In this document: piece by piece, positions 26,930 through 40,700 of the stretch
Numbering within the stretch: position 1 is the stretch's first letter
Layout: the number at the start of each line of letters is the position of its first letter
NCBI GenBank assembly: GCA_963924565.1
Contig: OZ004614.1
Location: 7,626,001-7,690,000 of the forward strand
Length of the DNA stretch: 64,000 bases
Source: Ascidiella aspersa
Taxonomy: Eukaryota
Reading direction: 5' to 3'
Made by a program: the position numbers and the translations under genes
Notes under the pieces: model-generated
The model's database searches: none
The model's input: the letters and a program-made list of their open reading frames with translations, nothing else
Told to the model about the DNA's origin: nothing

Positions 26930-27138
26930 GAATAGCCTAACCATTTTATTATTGATACAATTCTTGGTAGCAGCAGTGTATTCAACCTTTCAGCTCTGAA
27001 AAGTTGTAGTTGTCGGTTATTGCTAGCTCATGAAGTTGTTTTTCTCGTATAGGTTATGTATTATGTTTTGTCCGAATACAACCCGGATCCTTCAAGTGAA
27101 AATTACACGCGAAGAAGGCTTCAGTATGAGACTTAACA

Positions 27139-27354
27139 TTAATCGGGTAACACTAATTTACGGAATGAATGGTCGGAACGCTCACAGGATTATTATTAAA
27201 TATAATAACACTTGACCCACCTTCACCCAAACGCTAACCCCCACCCTAACCCAAATATTGTGCGTTGGTTTAAAAGTTGTTTTAACGGGGTAACACTTAA
27301 ATTAGTGAGCGTTCCGACCATTCATCATTCCGCAAATTAGTATTACCCCATTAA
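27139..27354. mobile_element. Palindromic MITE
   Basis: GGGTAACACTAATTT..GAATGGTCGGAACGCTCAC is inverted at the right end; TTAA at both borders; internal CTAACCC units. Confidence 0.65.
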
Positions 27355-27799
27355 TCCAACGTCTATATTAAAAAATATTTTGTTGAAAACGACATAAAAT
27401 AAGTTAGCCTAAGTTTCAGGAATGTATGATTAAACCCTAATAATATTGAGGCCTATAGTCAATTTCTGTTACTTGACAGAGTACGTTATTTGTTGACGAT
27501 AGGAAAAAACATTTTTTTTTAAATAAGAAAGTAATTATGTTCTTCTGTCATTTTAACAGCACATTTTAATAAATATAACAGAAAAAGATTTCAGTATCCC
27601 AAACGAAAGCCTACTTAGCGAACTCGTTGTTGACCAAGTGAAGTAACAAGATTATATGAAGTCCTCTTTTGGAATAGATTTTTTTAATTACAACGTTTAT
27701 ATATTAAATACTTTGTAAATTTTGTAACAAAAAGTGCACATACGTGATCCCATTTCATTTTATTTGTCCATCAATGGCGGACTTGAATAAAATAACAAG

Positions 27800-28705
27800 A
27801 TTAAAGTACGTAAGGGTTGTGATCGGGTTTCTTCGTATAAAGCGAGTAACTGGTCAGGAATTACGGATGATCCAATAGTGCTCAGACACAGTCCTGTGAC
27901 AACCTTTCACCACTAAAGGTTACTTGTGCAGCCAGGGAGGCAGGTCCCGAGATTTGAACTGTGCACATCAGTACGAAATAGTTTGTTAGTAGTACTTCGT
28001 CGTAGTAAGTAGGGTTGTTGTTAGTTTACCTTGTGTCTGGTATGATCGACTTACCTGAAAGGTAAAGTAAAAGAGAAGGTAAGTTTTGTGGCTGGACTCT
28101 TTATATTGTCCATGATGGAGGTAGGAGTGCTTCAACTAAACAGTTAGTATGTGGTCATAGGAGCCGAGTCCCCTTGGTGAGGTGTTCTCAAAATGGGGTG
28201 CAGTTGTCGTCACGGAGACAGGGCCCAAGTTGTGACTGCGCAGGAGACTGGGTAAACTAACCCCTTTGTTTGTGGTGGAGGCAGAGCCTTTTTGTTTCAA
28301 AAAGACAACACCTAAGGCGTTTTGTTCACTAATTTACAACCGAAACAACAAAACAAAAAACTGTGTTTACCAGGAAAAAAAAGGCTGGACTCTACTTGAC
28401 CTTGGTAATGTTCCACAGGAGATTAACTTATTAAGAACGTAGAAGTAAAGTAAGTAAGGGTGAAGTAGGTAAGGGTTGTGGTTGCCCCTTTCCCATTAAC
28501 TGGAAATGTCTGACAAAATCAGTAGTGGTATGAGCCCATTTCTCTTGGCAACTGACTCGATTGGAAATATGTGCGGCCATAGAGGCAGGACCCGAGTGAA
28601 ATTGCGTGTGGCAGGAGTTGAGCGTTTTAACTTTTTTGCTGGTGGAAAAGACATCCATAGATAGCCAGTTACCTTATTCAAGTTACTTCTGTTCATGTTG
28701 CACAG
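27800..28705 (-). mobile_element. Unclassified retroelement remnant, possibly DIRS/Ngaro-like
   Basis: Compositionally distinct block with internal direct repeats. Peptide FHSGPASMAA...W...FVRHF loosely resembles a tyrosine recombinase C-terminus. Confidence 0.3.
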
Positions 28706-31700
28706 CTCTGTAAGTTCTTAATCTCGCAAAATTCGAAATGCGGTCAACATACCTCGCGACAATTGACCACTTCCGTAAAGCCGTACTTTTGCAACAAATC
28801 CGCACGTTGGCGCTCGCGAACCGCCCAAACTCGGGCCTTTTTTTTCGCGTTACGGAAGTTATTCTCTCACGATCGCAACTCAGAACGCCCCAAGTTAATA
28901 TATCGAGTCGGCAAAATCGCGCCGGACAAAGTTCGCGGTTTTGTTCCGTCAGCTGTTTCGCAAATGTGACTTGAGGAAAGGACAGGCCGAAGTGAGCTGC
29001 AGCGCCGTTTATGTTTCCGATCTTATGCAGAAAACGCGCATATTTTTGTTAGTTTTATTGCAGAAATATAGAAGTTGGATAGAAATGTTAGGTGGACGCG
29101 ATATCTTTTGAACTTATATAATCGGATGGTCACCTTAGATTGATGCTAGTTTATCTATAGTGTGTTTCATCTTCTAGGAAAATATAGCTTCCGAGTAACG
29201 GTCATACATCTCTAACGAAAAGTTGTCACCTCTCGGCAATGGCGGCGAATAGAAACTAGTACCAGATCAAAATTATGTCTAAAACATATGAACCTAGACA
29301 AATATTGTTATCTGATTTCGCCCAATGAATAACTATAAGACCCTTAATGAGCTTGATATTTTAACGAGACAAAAATCAACAGTTTGGCTCATAAAATGTG
29401 TTAGTTGATTGAAGTGACATTTGGTTTAGATTTGACCCGAGCAATTGACAAGGGCAAAGAAAAATTTAAGTACGGTTATTGTAATTTGTGGTCTTACCGA
29501 TGTAATACAAATATCCATTACCTCACACAACTTCTGCGCGCAGCATAGTACCGATTTAATTACCTAAATATAAAATGCACCACAAACAGAGTACGTATAT
29601 TCAGGTTTTTTTTAAGGTTTGGTTTGGGTGACCGCTAAGTAGTTTTAAGAGACCGCAAGTGTTTCATTTAAATACCAAAAAGTTGCAAGTCTAAAATTTG
29701 GGAAACCGCTGGAGAAATTTGGGGGACCGTTGCGGTCCCACAAAACACCTTAAAAAAATATTTGTATTATTGCTGTGTTTTCCAACATTTTGTGCAGGAG
29801 ACAAAGTTTGGATTTGTTTTAGACGAGATTTACCAAGATAAAAAATATCTTTAGCTGGAAAATTGACAAAACTTAGCAGTTTTTTTTAAATTAGGCTGTG
29901 ATTAGCGTCTCCTGATTTGTGTAATAACGATTTCCCGAATAGGACAAAAGGAATTCTCAGACTTTTGCGCGAATACTTAATAGCGTTTCAGTAATGTTTG
30001 TAGATTGACATGACGAGATCTATGTTGTAAAAAGCATTTTCACATTCTTGATAATGAGTAATTTTATTTATTACCGTTTGAAATATGTAGTTTCATCACG
30101 TTATATATCGCACATAGGAAAATAACGAATGTGAATAACGCTAAAACGCAGCAAAGGTAACACAAAGCTTAATATTATTGTCAAGTAAAGGGCGTTTCAC
30201 TTTCCGTGAGTGTTTTACCAACGTTGGCCAACACGCACGTTACCAGCTAAAATAGGAATATTACTTAATTGTTTTTCTCCATACCGTGTGGTCCTCGTTT
30301 TTTACACTGCTCTTTCTTGAGTCGGCTTCCGGCGTTCTTCGCCTAAACATAAGTTAAAAGGCCTTCAGCGTTTTGGCCCGACGTCCATACGCATTGCAAC
30401 CGCATCTAATCTGATTATCTGCGCGATATTAGTCTTCAACCTGAAAGAACAGTGAATGCTTTGGGCTGCTACAGGCGCTTCATTAAAAGCACTGGCGGTC
30501 TCGCTTTGCCTTAATTCTTGACTTATTGCCGGATTTATCACTGGAACGCGATTGTAGCTTTACGGTGCTAAGTTGTGTCGCAATGCCTGAAATGCTTGAA
30601 ATGTGTTTTTCTATGACGATACGAAGAATACAACTAAGTTGTGAACATTACCTTTATAACGCATTAGTGTACTTTACGCCCTTATGTTTTGATCACTTAC
30701 ATTTAGGAGAATTTCTTTACGGCGAAGCCCATTTTTCTAGATGATTTTAAAACTGGTTAATTTGATTTTTAGTTATTTGTTGAAATGCGTTGACTTGGAT
30801 TGGACGCTTCTTTATTTGAACAATGTTAAAAGTTGCCGTTTTTGTGCACAAATTGTTTTTTTATGGAATTCTTCCGAAAGTTTCTTTCCGTCCCGAGAGT
30901 GAATTTTTCTTTTTTTTATTAACCAGGCTAAATATGAACGGAATGCGACATAAGTTGCATCTAAAAGCTGAAAAATTGTCCAAATCAAAAAGTCCCAGTC
31001 AAGCCTCTTTGAATAAATAACAAGTCAAGTCCCAGTTAAGTCATAATTGCAGCAAGTCACTTTCAGGTCGAGTTCTTCTCTTAAAACTTAAACGTCAAAC
31101 TGTTATAATTAGTAAACTCGTCGGATTGAATGACTCAACTAAAAAGCAACACAACGGTTTTTGTTTACCGAACCTAACCTCGGCAAACGACTACACAATC
31201 AGGCCGAAAATGAAAGCCGATCGCTATTTAGAGTCTCCCACTTTAGTCTGTATGATACGTTGCTTGCATACTCGACACAGCAACTTAAATGCTACATTTT
31301 TCGACATTTTGTTGCCAAATCAAAGTGGTTATTTAAAATACATTTACAAAAGCACTTATTTTAGATCGATTTTTAAAAACTTGTCATTAAAACCAATGTA
31401 TTGTCATTAAACTACACGCTTCCTTACCTTCGTGTTGATGGACTTTTCGTAAAACTCAGCAATCTAGTTTGTTTAAATTCGTTTTTGATGAATGGTTAAT
31501 ACGTACATTGCCCAAACGTTTTGCAAAAAAACATCGTAACGTTCAAGTGTGGGCTATATTGCAACTATACAGCGTGAACCGATGCAATAAATTATTACGC
31601 ATCTTTTATTTACATGCCGATATGTTATCTTCACATAAACTGATTTTGTTTCAGGACTTGTTGAGTAACGGTATTTCAGTTGATCGTTGGTTTCTGATGA

Positions 31701-31707
31701 ACAAAAG

Positions 31708-31771
31708 ATGGAAAGAATGCGCGGTCAACTTTTCTTGATGGTTTTTGTCTCGCTCGCTCTGATGTTTTCAA
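31708..31771 (+). CDS. CHRNA7: nAChR exon 1 (signal peptide [21 protein letters not shown])
   Basis: Hydrophobic signal-like peptide. Phase-1 donor A|GTAAGT joins exon 2 to give [12 protein letters not shown]. An acceptor TTTCAG| at 31654 lies upstream of the ATG. Confidence 0.75.
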
Positions 31772-34700
31772 GTAAGTAAAGCAATGTCAATCATTTGTAT
31801 AGCAATAACCGAAAATTTCCACATTATAACTAAAAAAGTCAACAGTGGTCACACTGTTAACACAAGTCAAGCTTTTAAGAGATGAATAATGGATGAAAGT
31901 ATCAGAAATAACCAAGACAGTACCTTTTTATTTCAGATGTAGTTTGTTATAACCTTCAAATTTGTTCCGAATTGTTTTTGCTCGCCAAAAAAGGAGAAAC
32001 TCCCATTCTTACAGACCTAAGTAAAAACGATATAAAAGCTTCTAAAATGCATGACGTCAGAGCATTATTAACACCCAATTAGAGATGCTATCTATGGTTT
32101 CTTAACAAACTCGTGAGTTTCCGCAGCAAACGTCCTGACAGGAAGGAATGGCAAAATATGCCTATTTATAACCTGGCCATTAATTCGAGTTCTGTGTCTT
32201 ATCCTTTCCAATTTCCAAACTTGGTCTGGTGATGAGTTTAAGGCGCTTTCACGGCTTGGTTGCGGTCATTCGGCAAGATCGAAAGATAACGGCAAGTGGC
32301 AGATATTTAATTTACAATGTTCGAGGGATAGTGTACAGCAGTGCTTCTTAGACTTTTTTCGTTTTGTGCACCCCTAGCATCTATGTCTAGATTTCACTCA
32401 CCCTTGTCTCATGATATGATAAAACTATCTCGTCTATATATAACAGCACAAATTACTTAGGTTGTGTCGCAAGCTATCATTCATTTCTGATGGTTCACCC
32501 TTATTCATCCCGTTTGGTTGGTTCACCTCTGCAAAAAAAATTATTCACTTTGGGGTGAACCATTCACCTGAATAAGAAACACTGGTATACAGCATGGGTT
32601 CTCAAACTGGGGTATAGGCGAATTTCCAGGTGTACGCGAGCAAGTTCATTTAATGGCACTGTAGCGATTTTGTCAGCAGTAATTCAACGATATCATTTTT
32701 AACGTATATGTGACGCAAGCGTAAAACATTTAAGGCTAATTAGTGAAGCGCTTAATCTAAACCGCCATGCTGTAAATACCAACGACTTGTTTCTAGACAT
32801 TAACAAGTTACTGATATCGGATTTTGTTAGTACCAAAATTATTAAATATGTTCTTTCCTATGCTACAACATGGTGATGGTTTAAAACTTAGATCGCATGA
32901 TTTAGCGCTGGAATCCCGTTTAAAGTTGTGTTTAAACCTATACGCATAACATGCAGTGGGCTTCGTGGTTAGTCTGCGACTAGCGATACCAACTTAACCT
33001 ACGTATCCCAGTTTATATAGTCCTGCTATTACCAAGATTAAGGGTTCGACTTGCGTGGTATTGTTTATATTTTCTTACATTGTCCCGCGCATAATTTGTT
33101 TTAAAACTAATTTTATTATTACTCCCTCCCAATGTACTCCAGGGAGGTATTGCTAGAAAGGCCCTGCATTAGTGTAGAGCAGTAGTTTTAAACTGGGGTC
33201 AGTGTACCCCAGACTAGTTTAAGGGAGTACATGACCTCAATATAATATGTGTCTATATAATTTCGAAAATGGAATTATAATTTTACAGAGAACAGTTTAA
33301 TTGAAAAAATGATGGTGTTTTCTCCTGGATGTATTTTGACTTCATTTTAGTTTCACATTTATGACTGAAAAGACCAGGTTTTCTAACTTGCTTAATGACG
33401 TCAACTCTAAAAATGTTACACTGTTTCTGCTTCACGGGCCCCATTTTTTTTAACGTGAGGAGTCTTAATAATTCAGGACTTAGCAATGTAGGGGTTTACC
33501 CATAAATCTATTCAGCTTTTGTTGAGAAACCCGGATGAATTTCATCTTGCAAGTGCCAGTAAGAATAGGATTGTATGTGAAGGGATGAGTTACATGTAAA
33601 TTTCTCAGGTTTTTTGTAATACCTGATAGGACTCACTTCGGAATTCTGTGCATAAGAAAACGTTGATTTATAATACCAAACATATGTGCTGTGGCAAACC
33701 AATTAACAAATTGAACTACCGCAATTCAATTCTAATGTGATGTAGGTGTATGATAACACCAGCAATGCCTTTGATAGGCTGGGGCTGGAGAAAAGGTTTT
33801 TTATATCGTATAAAAAAGTTGTAAAAGTGTATGTTCAAACAGGTTATACATTTTATTTACCCGAAACGATGGGTTGAGAATCTCGTTTATAGAGCGTTCC
33901 ACATGTACTTTCCGAAAGGCGTGCTTATAAAATAGGAAGCGTTTCTTTTTTATAATTGAGAGGAGGTCAGTGTTTGATTCTACTAATTTTAATGCAATTT
34001 CTCAAATCCGGTTTCCCAAATAGTGTTCAAGTCAATCTAGGGCGGGGATTTCTTTTTTTCATTATTTTTCTCCAAAACTCGCGAGCGCGTAAGTGATTTG
34101 CCTGCGCAAATAAACTGCGTCGCCCATAGCGTTCCTGCATTATCCGCTGGGTGAGCCGATTAGAAAGTGTCGAGGTCGGCATAAAGCTGGTCTATTTGCT
34201 GACGGCTTATGTCCATGTGTGAGAAAAGGTCAACAGAAAGGCCGTTCATTTTCACAACTAATTATCCTACAATAAATGGGCACATGTTGTTTTTGTCCGA
34301 ATTTTTTTATATAATTTTTCTCCAGTCGATTTTTTTGGGGGCGGTTCGCTTTTGACAAGGAAATAAAAACGGAGTGTTAACATGAAATGTTTCATCTACT
34401 GTTCGGGATTATTTAAAGTTGTTTCACACGCAAAAAAGCTTTGCCTATGAACTTAGAAATGTTTTTTAGTAGATAAAAGAACGAAAGTGTAATTTTTCGT
34501 TAATTTTGAGATCAAAAGATTGCTTCGCTTTTTACAGATCAAAAATTGTAAAAAATCTATTTAAATTTTCAATTGGCTGGATACATGTCATACTCAAAGT
34601 TGATTAACAAAATCTTCAACCTCACCCCTTTTAGAGAACTATTTAGGCTTTCAACAAATATAAAAACTTTTTTTCTCTGAACAAGAGGTGTTTTTAAGGG

Positions 34701-37700
34701 TCCCATTTAATTTGGCAATTTTAAGTTTAATTTCATTTGTTTTGGATTTGAAATTGGAAATCGGTCAATACATCTCATAGATTTATGTTAATTTATTTAA
34801 GAAGCACAGGCAACTTGAGATTTAGCTAGAAAGCTAAATTATGCCACTTTTTCTGGTATTGCATTCCTTTGAACGCTATACATACGCCCTTTGTGAAGAA
34901 AGTGAGACAAAACACATTATCTATAGGAGCAGGGCGTTTTTGAAACCCCTTGATAGCACAACAGTCTTTGTGCTACGAATTTGATTTTTTCTAAATTTTA
35001 TTTTCAGTTGGCATTGTAAAATCGACTTTTCCTCGGCGTTTTTTCTCTTTTGTTTTGCAGTATAGCTTTAGGCTTTTAAGCTAAACAAACGTCAGCAATG
35101 TGTTTTTGAATCACTTTTACGGAATCTTCGACACATTGCACCAAAACGAACTTGTACCCCGTCATTTATTTACCTATAGGGGTACCCGTGATAGCCCATT
35201 TTGAGAACGATTGTTCTAGCGCTACAATCACATAGGGTGATCCTAAAACTTGAAATATATATGGGTTTCAAGCTTGAAAGACTGCGCTTGGTGGAGTGAA
35301 ACCCTTGTGAAGACTTGTTTCAATAGTTTTACAACGTACGACAAACGCCATACGTATAATGAATTTTGTTTTACGTGTAATTAATTAAAAGTTTTTCGGA
35401 CGATCAAAAATGTCTATGATTTCTAATTAAATACGGCAGTTTTGCTTATATAGTCTTTGCAGACTGCTACGTATATTTTTTTTACCAGAAAGCAATATTT
35501 CAAGTTGTTTATTAGTGTTACGGCTACAACTAAAAAGTCAACCGTAAAAACTTGCTAATCAGAGGCGTGAAATCGTTCTGGTGGTGTTAGATGCCGCATG
35601 ACCCTGACCAGTTGCATTAGCTTGCAATTATCTTTTGCGCAATTGGAAAGTTATTGTACGGACAAGGTCGATAGCTGTTTTTGTATAGCCGTCTAACGTC
35701 ATTTTTTACGATGCGGAAAATTGGAAATTTTGGTCTCATATCGATGTACGTATACAACTAATTAACTTTGTTTTACCTGTGTCGGTTCCAAAGTTCAAAT
35801 AAAGGCTAGCACTGTCAAACATACATACTTTTTTTCTAGTTTCAAATCATGATTGGTTTGCCAAATGTACATGTATACTACATTACCATTAGCGTACATT
35901 ATTATTTAACTGGGCTCTTGGGCAATTCTCTATCAATCAGTCTTGCGTGATTATTTTATAATTCACACCTAAATGCATTTAACAACAGTTACTATTGTTT
36001 GTTTCAACCTAATTTTTGGAAGAAGTTTAAAATGGTAAAATATATTTTAATACATTCTGTACACAATTTATCTAAAACGTTTTATTTATATTCAGACTTT
36101 ATTATAGCATTTGATTTATCCTCAAGTTTTAAAATCTCCAAAATTAAAAAAAATTTTAAGAGTCGCTCAGGTTTCTTGCTAGAAACTTTACGCGGGAATT
36201 TGCGGACGCAATTTTTAGACTGAAATGTTTCCGCATTTTAGTAGCAATTAAAGAAGCGCGTAAAACATGAGCGGTATACGTGCAGAACAGGGTCTTTGCA
36301 ACACCTTAGTTTTTCCTGCAGTACTTTTATGTGCAGCTTAAGATATGTTTTAATTAAAAGTGCCATAGTAAAACAGAATGTTAAACATTTGCTATAGTGT
36401 TGACCAAGGAATTTATACCGTTTTCGGGTTTAGATTTTATTGAAAAGACGTTGAGTGATCCAATTTTAAGTCTTTGAAAACCTATACGCGAAACTATGCC
36501 CGCCACAGAGTTATCTTTAAAGTCTATGTATTTTTTTTAAATGTAGTTTTTATTATATGTGGAAACCCTGTATAGGGTCGCTTCAAATCCTTTCATATTT
36601 GTGTGCTTGCGTGTGGTAAGTGACCCCTATGCAGAATTAAAACCGGTTTAAAGCGATAGCGGGGTTGCCGTTGTTTCATTTGCTTTTATCTGGGCGACAG
36701 CTTGTTATGGCACTTTTGACGGAGCACTTTGAGCAGATACTTGGTAGGTGAGAACGCGCGTCTGATGACGTTTGATCGATCGTTGCATAGAAAGCTATGC
36801 GCAGGTCACCGGGCCACGACTTCGTGGTTTTATTTTTACCCGAAATGAAGCGAGTTTACGCAAATCACGGCATGAAACCTGTCGAACTACCAATGTTGTA
36901 AACAGGTCATTTTGAAATGAATTAAAAGTCCCAGCCAAATGATTTGTAAAATAACAGTGCACTAACGTCGAGCCATTGACTAAAGTCATTACAACATGGC
37001 TAACTCCTATTACAACATAGCTAACTCCTAGTTGAAAGGTTCAAAAGTTGTGTATTGCTAGTTGAACTGCATATCGTTTTTTTTTTCAAACAGCTTGTCA
37101 TTTTACCGGTTTTCTGTCTTTAATCTTGTCCTAATCGGAAATCTTGCGAACTAGAGTTTTAGTCCAATATTCGTCGGTTTCTTAAAAGGGATGGCTGTCT
37201 TCCTAAAGAATCTAAAACAATAAATCGACAGCCAAACGCAAATGACACATGCGATGGGCCAAAAGTTGCCCTGACCATAGCCAGGCGCTGTCCAATATTT
37301 AATATAAAAGCTCATTTTTCAAATCTAAATTAATTGAGTTTTAAACAAAACGCAAACAACCGTAATACAAAATGTTGCTGAAAAATAATAGCCTTTATAG
37401 CGAGATTTTTTTTCAGATTGCTTTACGGCAAGATTTGTAATATGCCTAGATGAAACATCGGACTAAGGTTTTGTTGTACAGCCTAACAAAAATTATACCA
37501 CTTGTTTTGAACAGTTGTATTGGGCCAGGGTGACACGGCGTAAGCGTTACAGGTGTATTAGATGTCGATTAAACGTGCTCCAAACAAACCACACTACATT
37601 TTCTTGGAATCGCCTAATCTGAACCGATGCTATCAAAACGATCCTATATAGATCGAAATGATATAGCGCTAAGCCTTTTCGTGTCGGTCTTCGGCTTATA

Positions 37701-40700
37701 AACGTAATTCGTTTATTGCAGGGGTTCTTAAACTGAGGCCTATGGACACCATGGGGGTCCGTGAACAAGTTTTAGGGGGTGCATGAAGACCTAATTGAAA
37801 TGTTAGTGTATATTTGAGAAGTAATCAATTTTTCAAAGAAATGAGTTTAATTAAAAATAAAACGGTTTTTCACTGACTGTATATTTAGACTCCATTTCAC
37901 TTTCAAATTTTTGGATCAAAATCAGCGGGTTTCTGTAGTCGATTTGTATTGTGATTGTATATTTATGACGTCATCTCTAAAAATTTCGTGCCAGCAAAAA
38001 AAATAAATTCTGTTAAAAAAGTTTAAGAACCCCTGGTTTATTGTGACGTTAGGTGTATTTAGGTCTGCGGCGTATTTTCCGATTTCTTTATGAATATGTC
38101 AAAGCGCATTTTTGCAGTAATAGCGTTTTGCCTCATAAAACATTCGCGTCGATGCCAATCCAATTATTATCAAGATTGGTCCGAATTCGGAGTTACAATT
38201 TTCCAAGTCGCGTTTTGATTTAATTGCTTCTTTGGCCCCAGCGAAATCGGCAAAGCGTAGCGACCCGCCAAGTCATCTCGGCGTAAACGGACAATAAGGA
38301 CTTTATCAATTGGACCCTTACGGGTTGCGATAAGACAACGAGGTCTGTCGTTGTTTTCCCGTGGCAGATAAAATTCCATAGCTTCGCGGCTGCACACGAA
38401 TCTGATATTATCGCTTTTCGTGTACATCGGTCGCGGTTTAAGACGGAACTGTTTCAATAAAGAGATCGTCCTTCGGCAAAACGAGCCCATGATCTTCACT
38501 TTTTATACATTGTATAAGCCACCTGATGCAAACTGAATCTGGGAAGGGTTTTTCGTAATTTACACCTGGTTACATTTCAAGATGTATTTTTTTTCGTAAT
38601 TATAGATAAGTTGAAAATTCTAAATTAGATGGCAAAACACAAAGTTTAAAGGTATATAATAAAGTTCTAAAAACACAACTTGAAACTTTTTTTTCATTTT
38701 CGTGTTTTTGATTTGGAAATATTTTAACTTTGAAAGTAATATTTTTAATCGTAACTGGATGCTGTAAATTGATATTCCAAATTCCAAATATAGTTTTGTT
38801 TGGTTTACTTTCGGTTATTATCCATGCAGTAAGGAAATTTTTAGATGTTTTTTTTTAAACTGAGAAACCAAATGTTGAAGTAGAAAACCAATTCTGCCGT
38901 AAAACGAGTCTTGGGTAAAACAACAATAAAAAAACGAGCAGCATGTTACGACCAAACTACGATAAATAATATTAATTGTTGATATTTTCTTATTTAAGTC
39001 ATAATTCTAACGCAGGAAAGGCCATGTACTCCAGTCTTATTAGTACATGTAAACCGCATTGTCCAGAACCGCACCTTAAACATGGGAAAAATAGAGAGTA
39101 CTCGACTATTCGTCGCTTATCCACATATACCTTTGCTTTGTCAGAGTTATTGTACATGATGCACACTATACCAACATTAAGTGTGGTGCCTAAACGCAAA
39201 TTGTTATTTTTACAGTGAATATGTTGAATCGATGCCATAAAGCTGGTAAAGCTTCTAAAATCTTGACTTTATTCTGCACAAAGTGGTATAGAATCTTAGT
39301 TGAGTTTTCAAATAATCGTTAATTGAAGCATACGAAATCGACATTATATATCCTAAAAAAATGCAACTTAAACACAAGAGCCGCGGCCTGGCCACCCCTG
39401 ATCAATCGTCGCGTACTTTATGTTTAAACGATAAATTTGTATATTTTGTGTTGCTCAAATATCTTCCGATGATCATTACAGAACCGAAACGAATATATCC
39501 TGCAAACTAAAGCGTTACATCCTATATGCAATTAAATTAACTTTGCTATTTACTATCAAAACGGTGCAAATCGACAAAATATTTGTTAAGTAGGATTTGC
39601 GTTGAAAGTAAAACTTCTCAAACCTAGAAATTTAACAAAATTAAAGTGCTGTGTAATATTCTCAAGGCTACTTTTATGACGTCACTTTTATATGTAACTT
39701 TATGACGTTACGTTGTGACGTAAACTAGTGACGTTATTTCTAAAAAAAATTTTGACCCCCCAACAAAATATCCTAGATCCGCGCCTGCTTGCTAAGTAAA
39801 CTTCTCGTCGTCTATACTCGGTCACCGACAAATTTTTTAAGATTATTTTCTGAAAACAAAGAAAAGTTCGTTGTCTTGAAAACTTGACCTAAAATGCAAT
39901 CAACTTTAAAGTAGCAATGGAACCCATTGCATGATACTTGGCTATAGTTTTTTGTGTTTTTTGGAATACATATACAAATATCTGTTTTATACGTCGTGTT
40001 TTTTTTTCTTTCAGTATTAATTTTATAATCAGGGCGGTGACTCAATAAAAACACAAAAGATTTTTTAAAAGTCTTTTGTTTTTGTTTTATAAAGCACTTT
40101 TAAAAACTTGAGAACCGCAGTGGCTGTGCTATAGCGAATATAGATTAAATATGCTTTTGGCGGGCACAGTGCAATAGCAAGGTGGATACGTAGGAAATTA
40201 AATCACAAAAAATTGCCGGAGACCATATGGTGAGATATCTTGTTTGTACAGCTTAAGCCTTATAGTTTACAGCGCAACTATAGGCGAAAAACGCAAAACC
40301 CAAGAGTTCTTGTGCCACGAAGGTGCTCGGTACCCGAGGGCATTGGTCCTTGTGGGCCTAAGTTTAGTAGATTGATAGATAGACGATAGTCGATTACGCG
40401 CATCGTCGCATTTAATCCGGTGTTGTCTTCACAGCGATTTTTTCGCTTTATCGCCGAGATCAAATGGCGTGTATTTACGTTGTTGGCCCTTTCTTCCAAC
40501 TTGTTGCTTTGAGGCTTTTCCCATGCAGGCAAAATTGCACCCTAAACCCTGCATGCAACAGACGCTGTTTTGTTTTTGTTTTTTATCGGTTGATGCCGAT
40601 ATTGTTATGGCTTATAATGCAGTGGTCTCCAGTCTATGGGTTGCGGTCCCATGTGAGATCGCCTAAACCTAAGCCTGTTCTGTCACCCACCATTCATGCA

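Noticed and set aside
28250-28266. CTAACCC as a telomerase RNA template (also 27230-27255 and 60550-60570)
   Set aside because: Isolated short matches with no supporting structure; the motif is common in MITEs.
31693-31720. CTGATGA..GAAA near the nAChR start codon
   Set aside because: Only a 2-bp helix II, with no helix I or cleavage triplet.
36755-36802. CTGATGA...GAAAGCTA hammerhead-like string
   Set aside because: No helix II, and the helix I register is incompatible with an NUH site.
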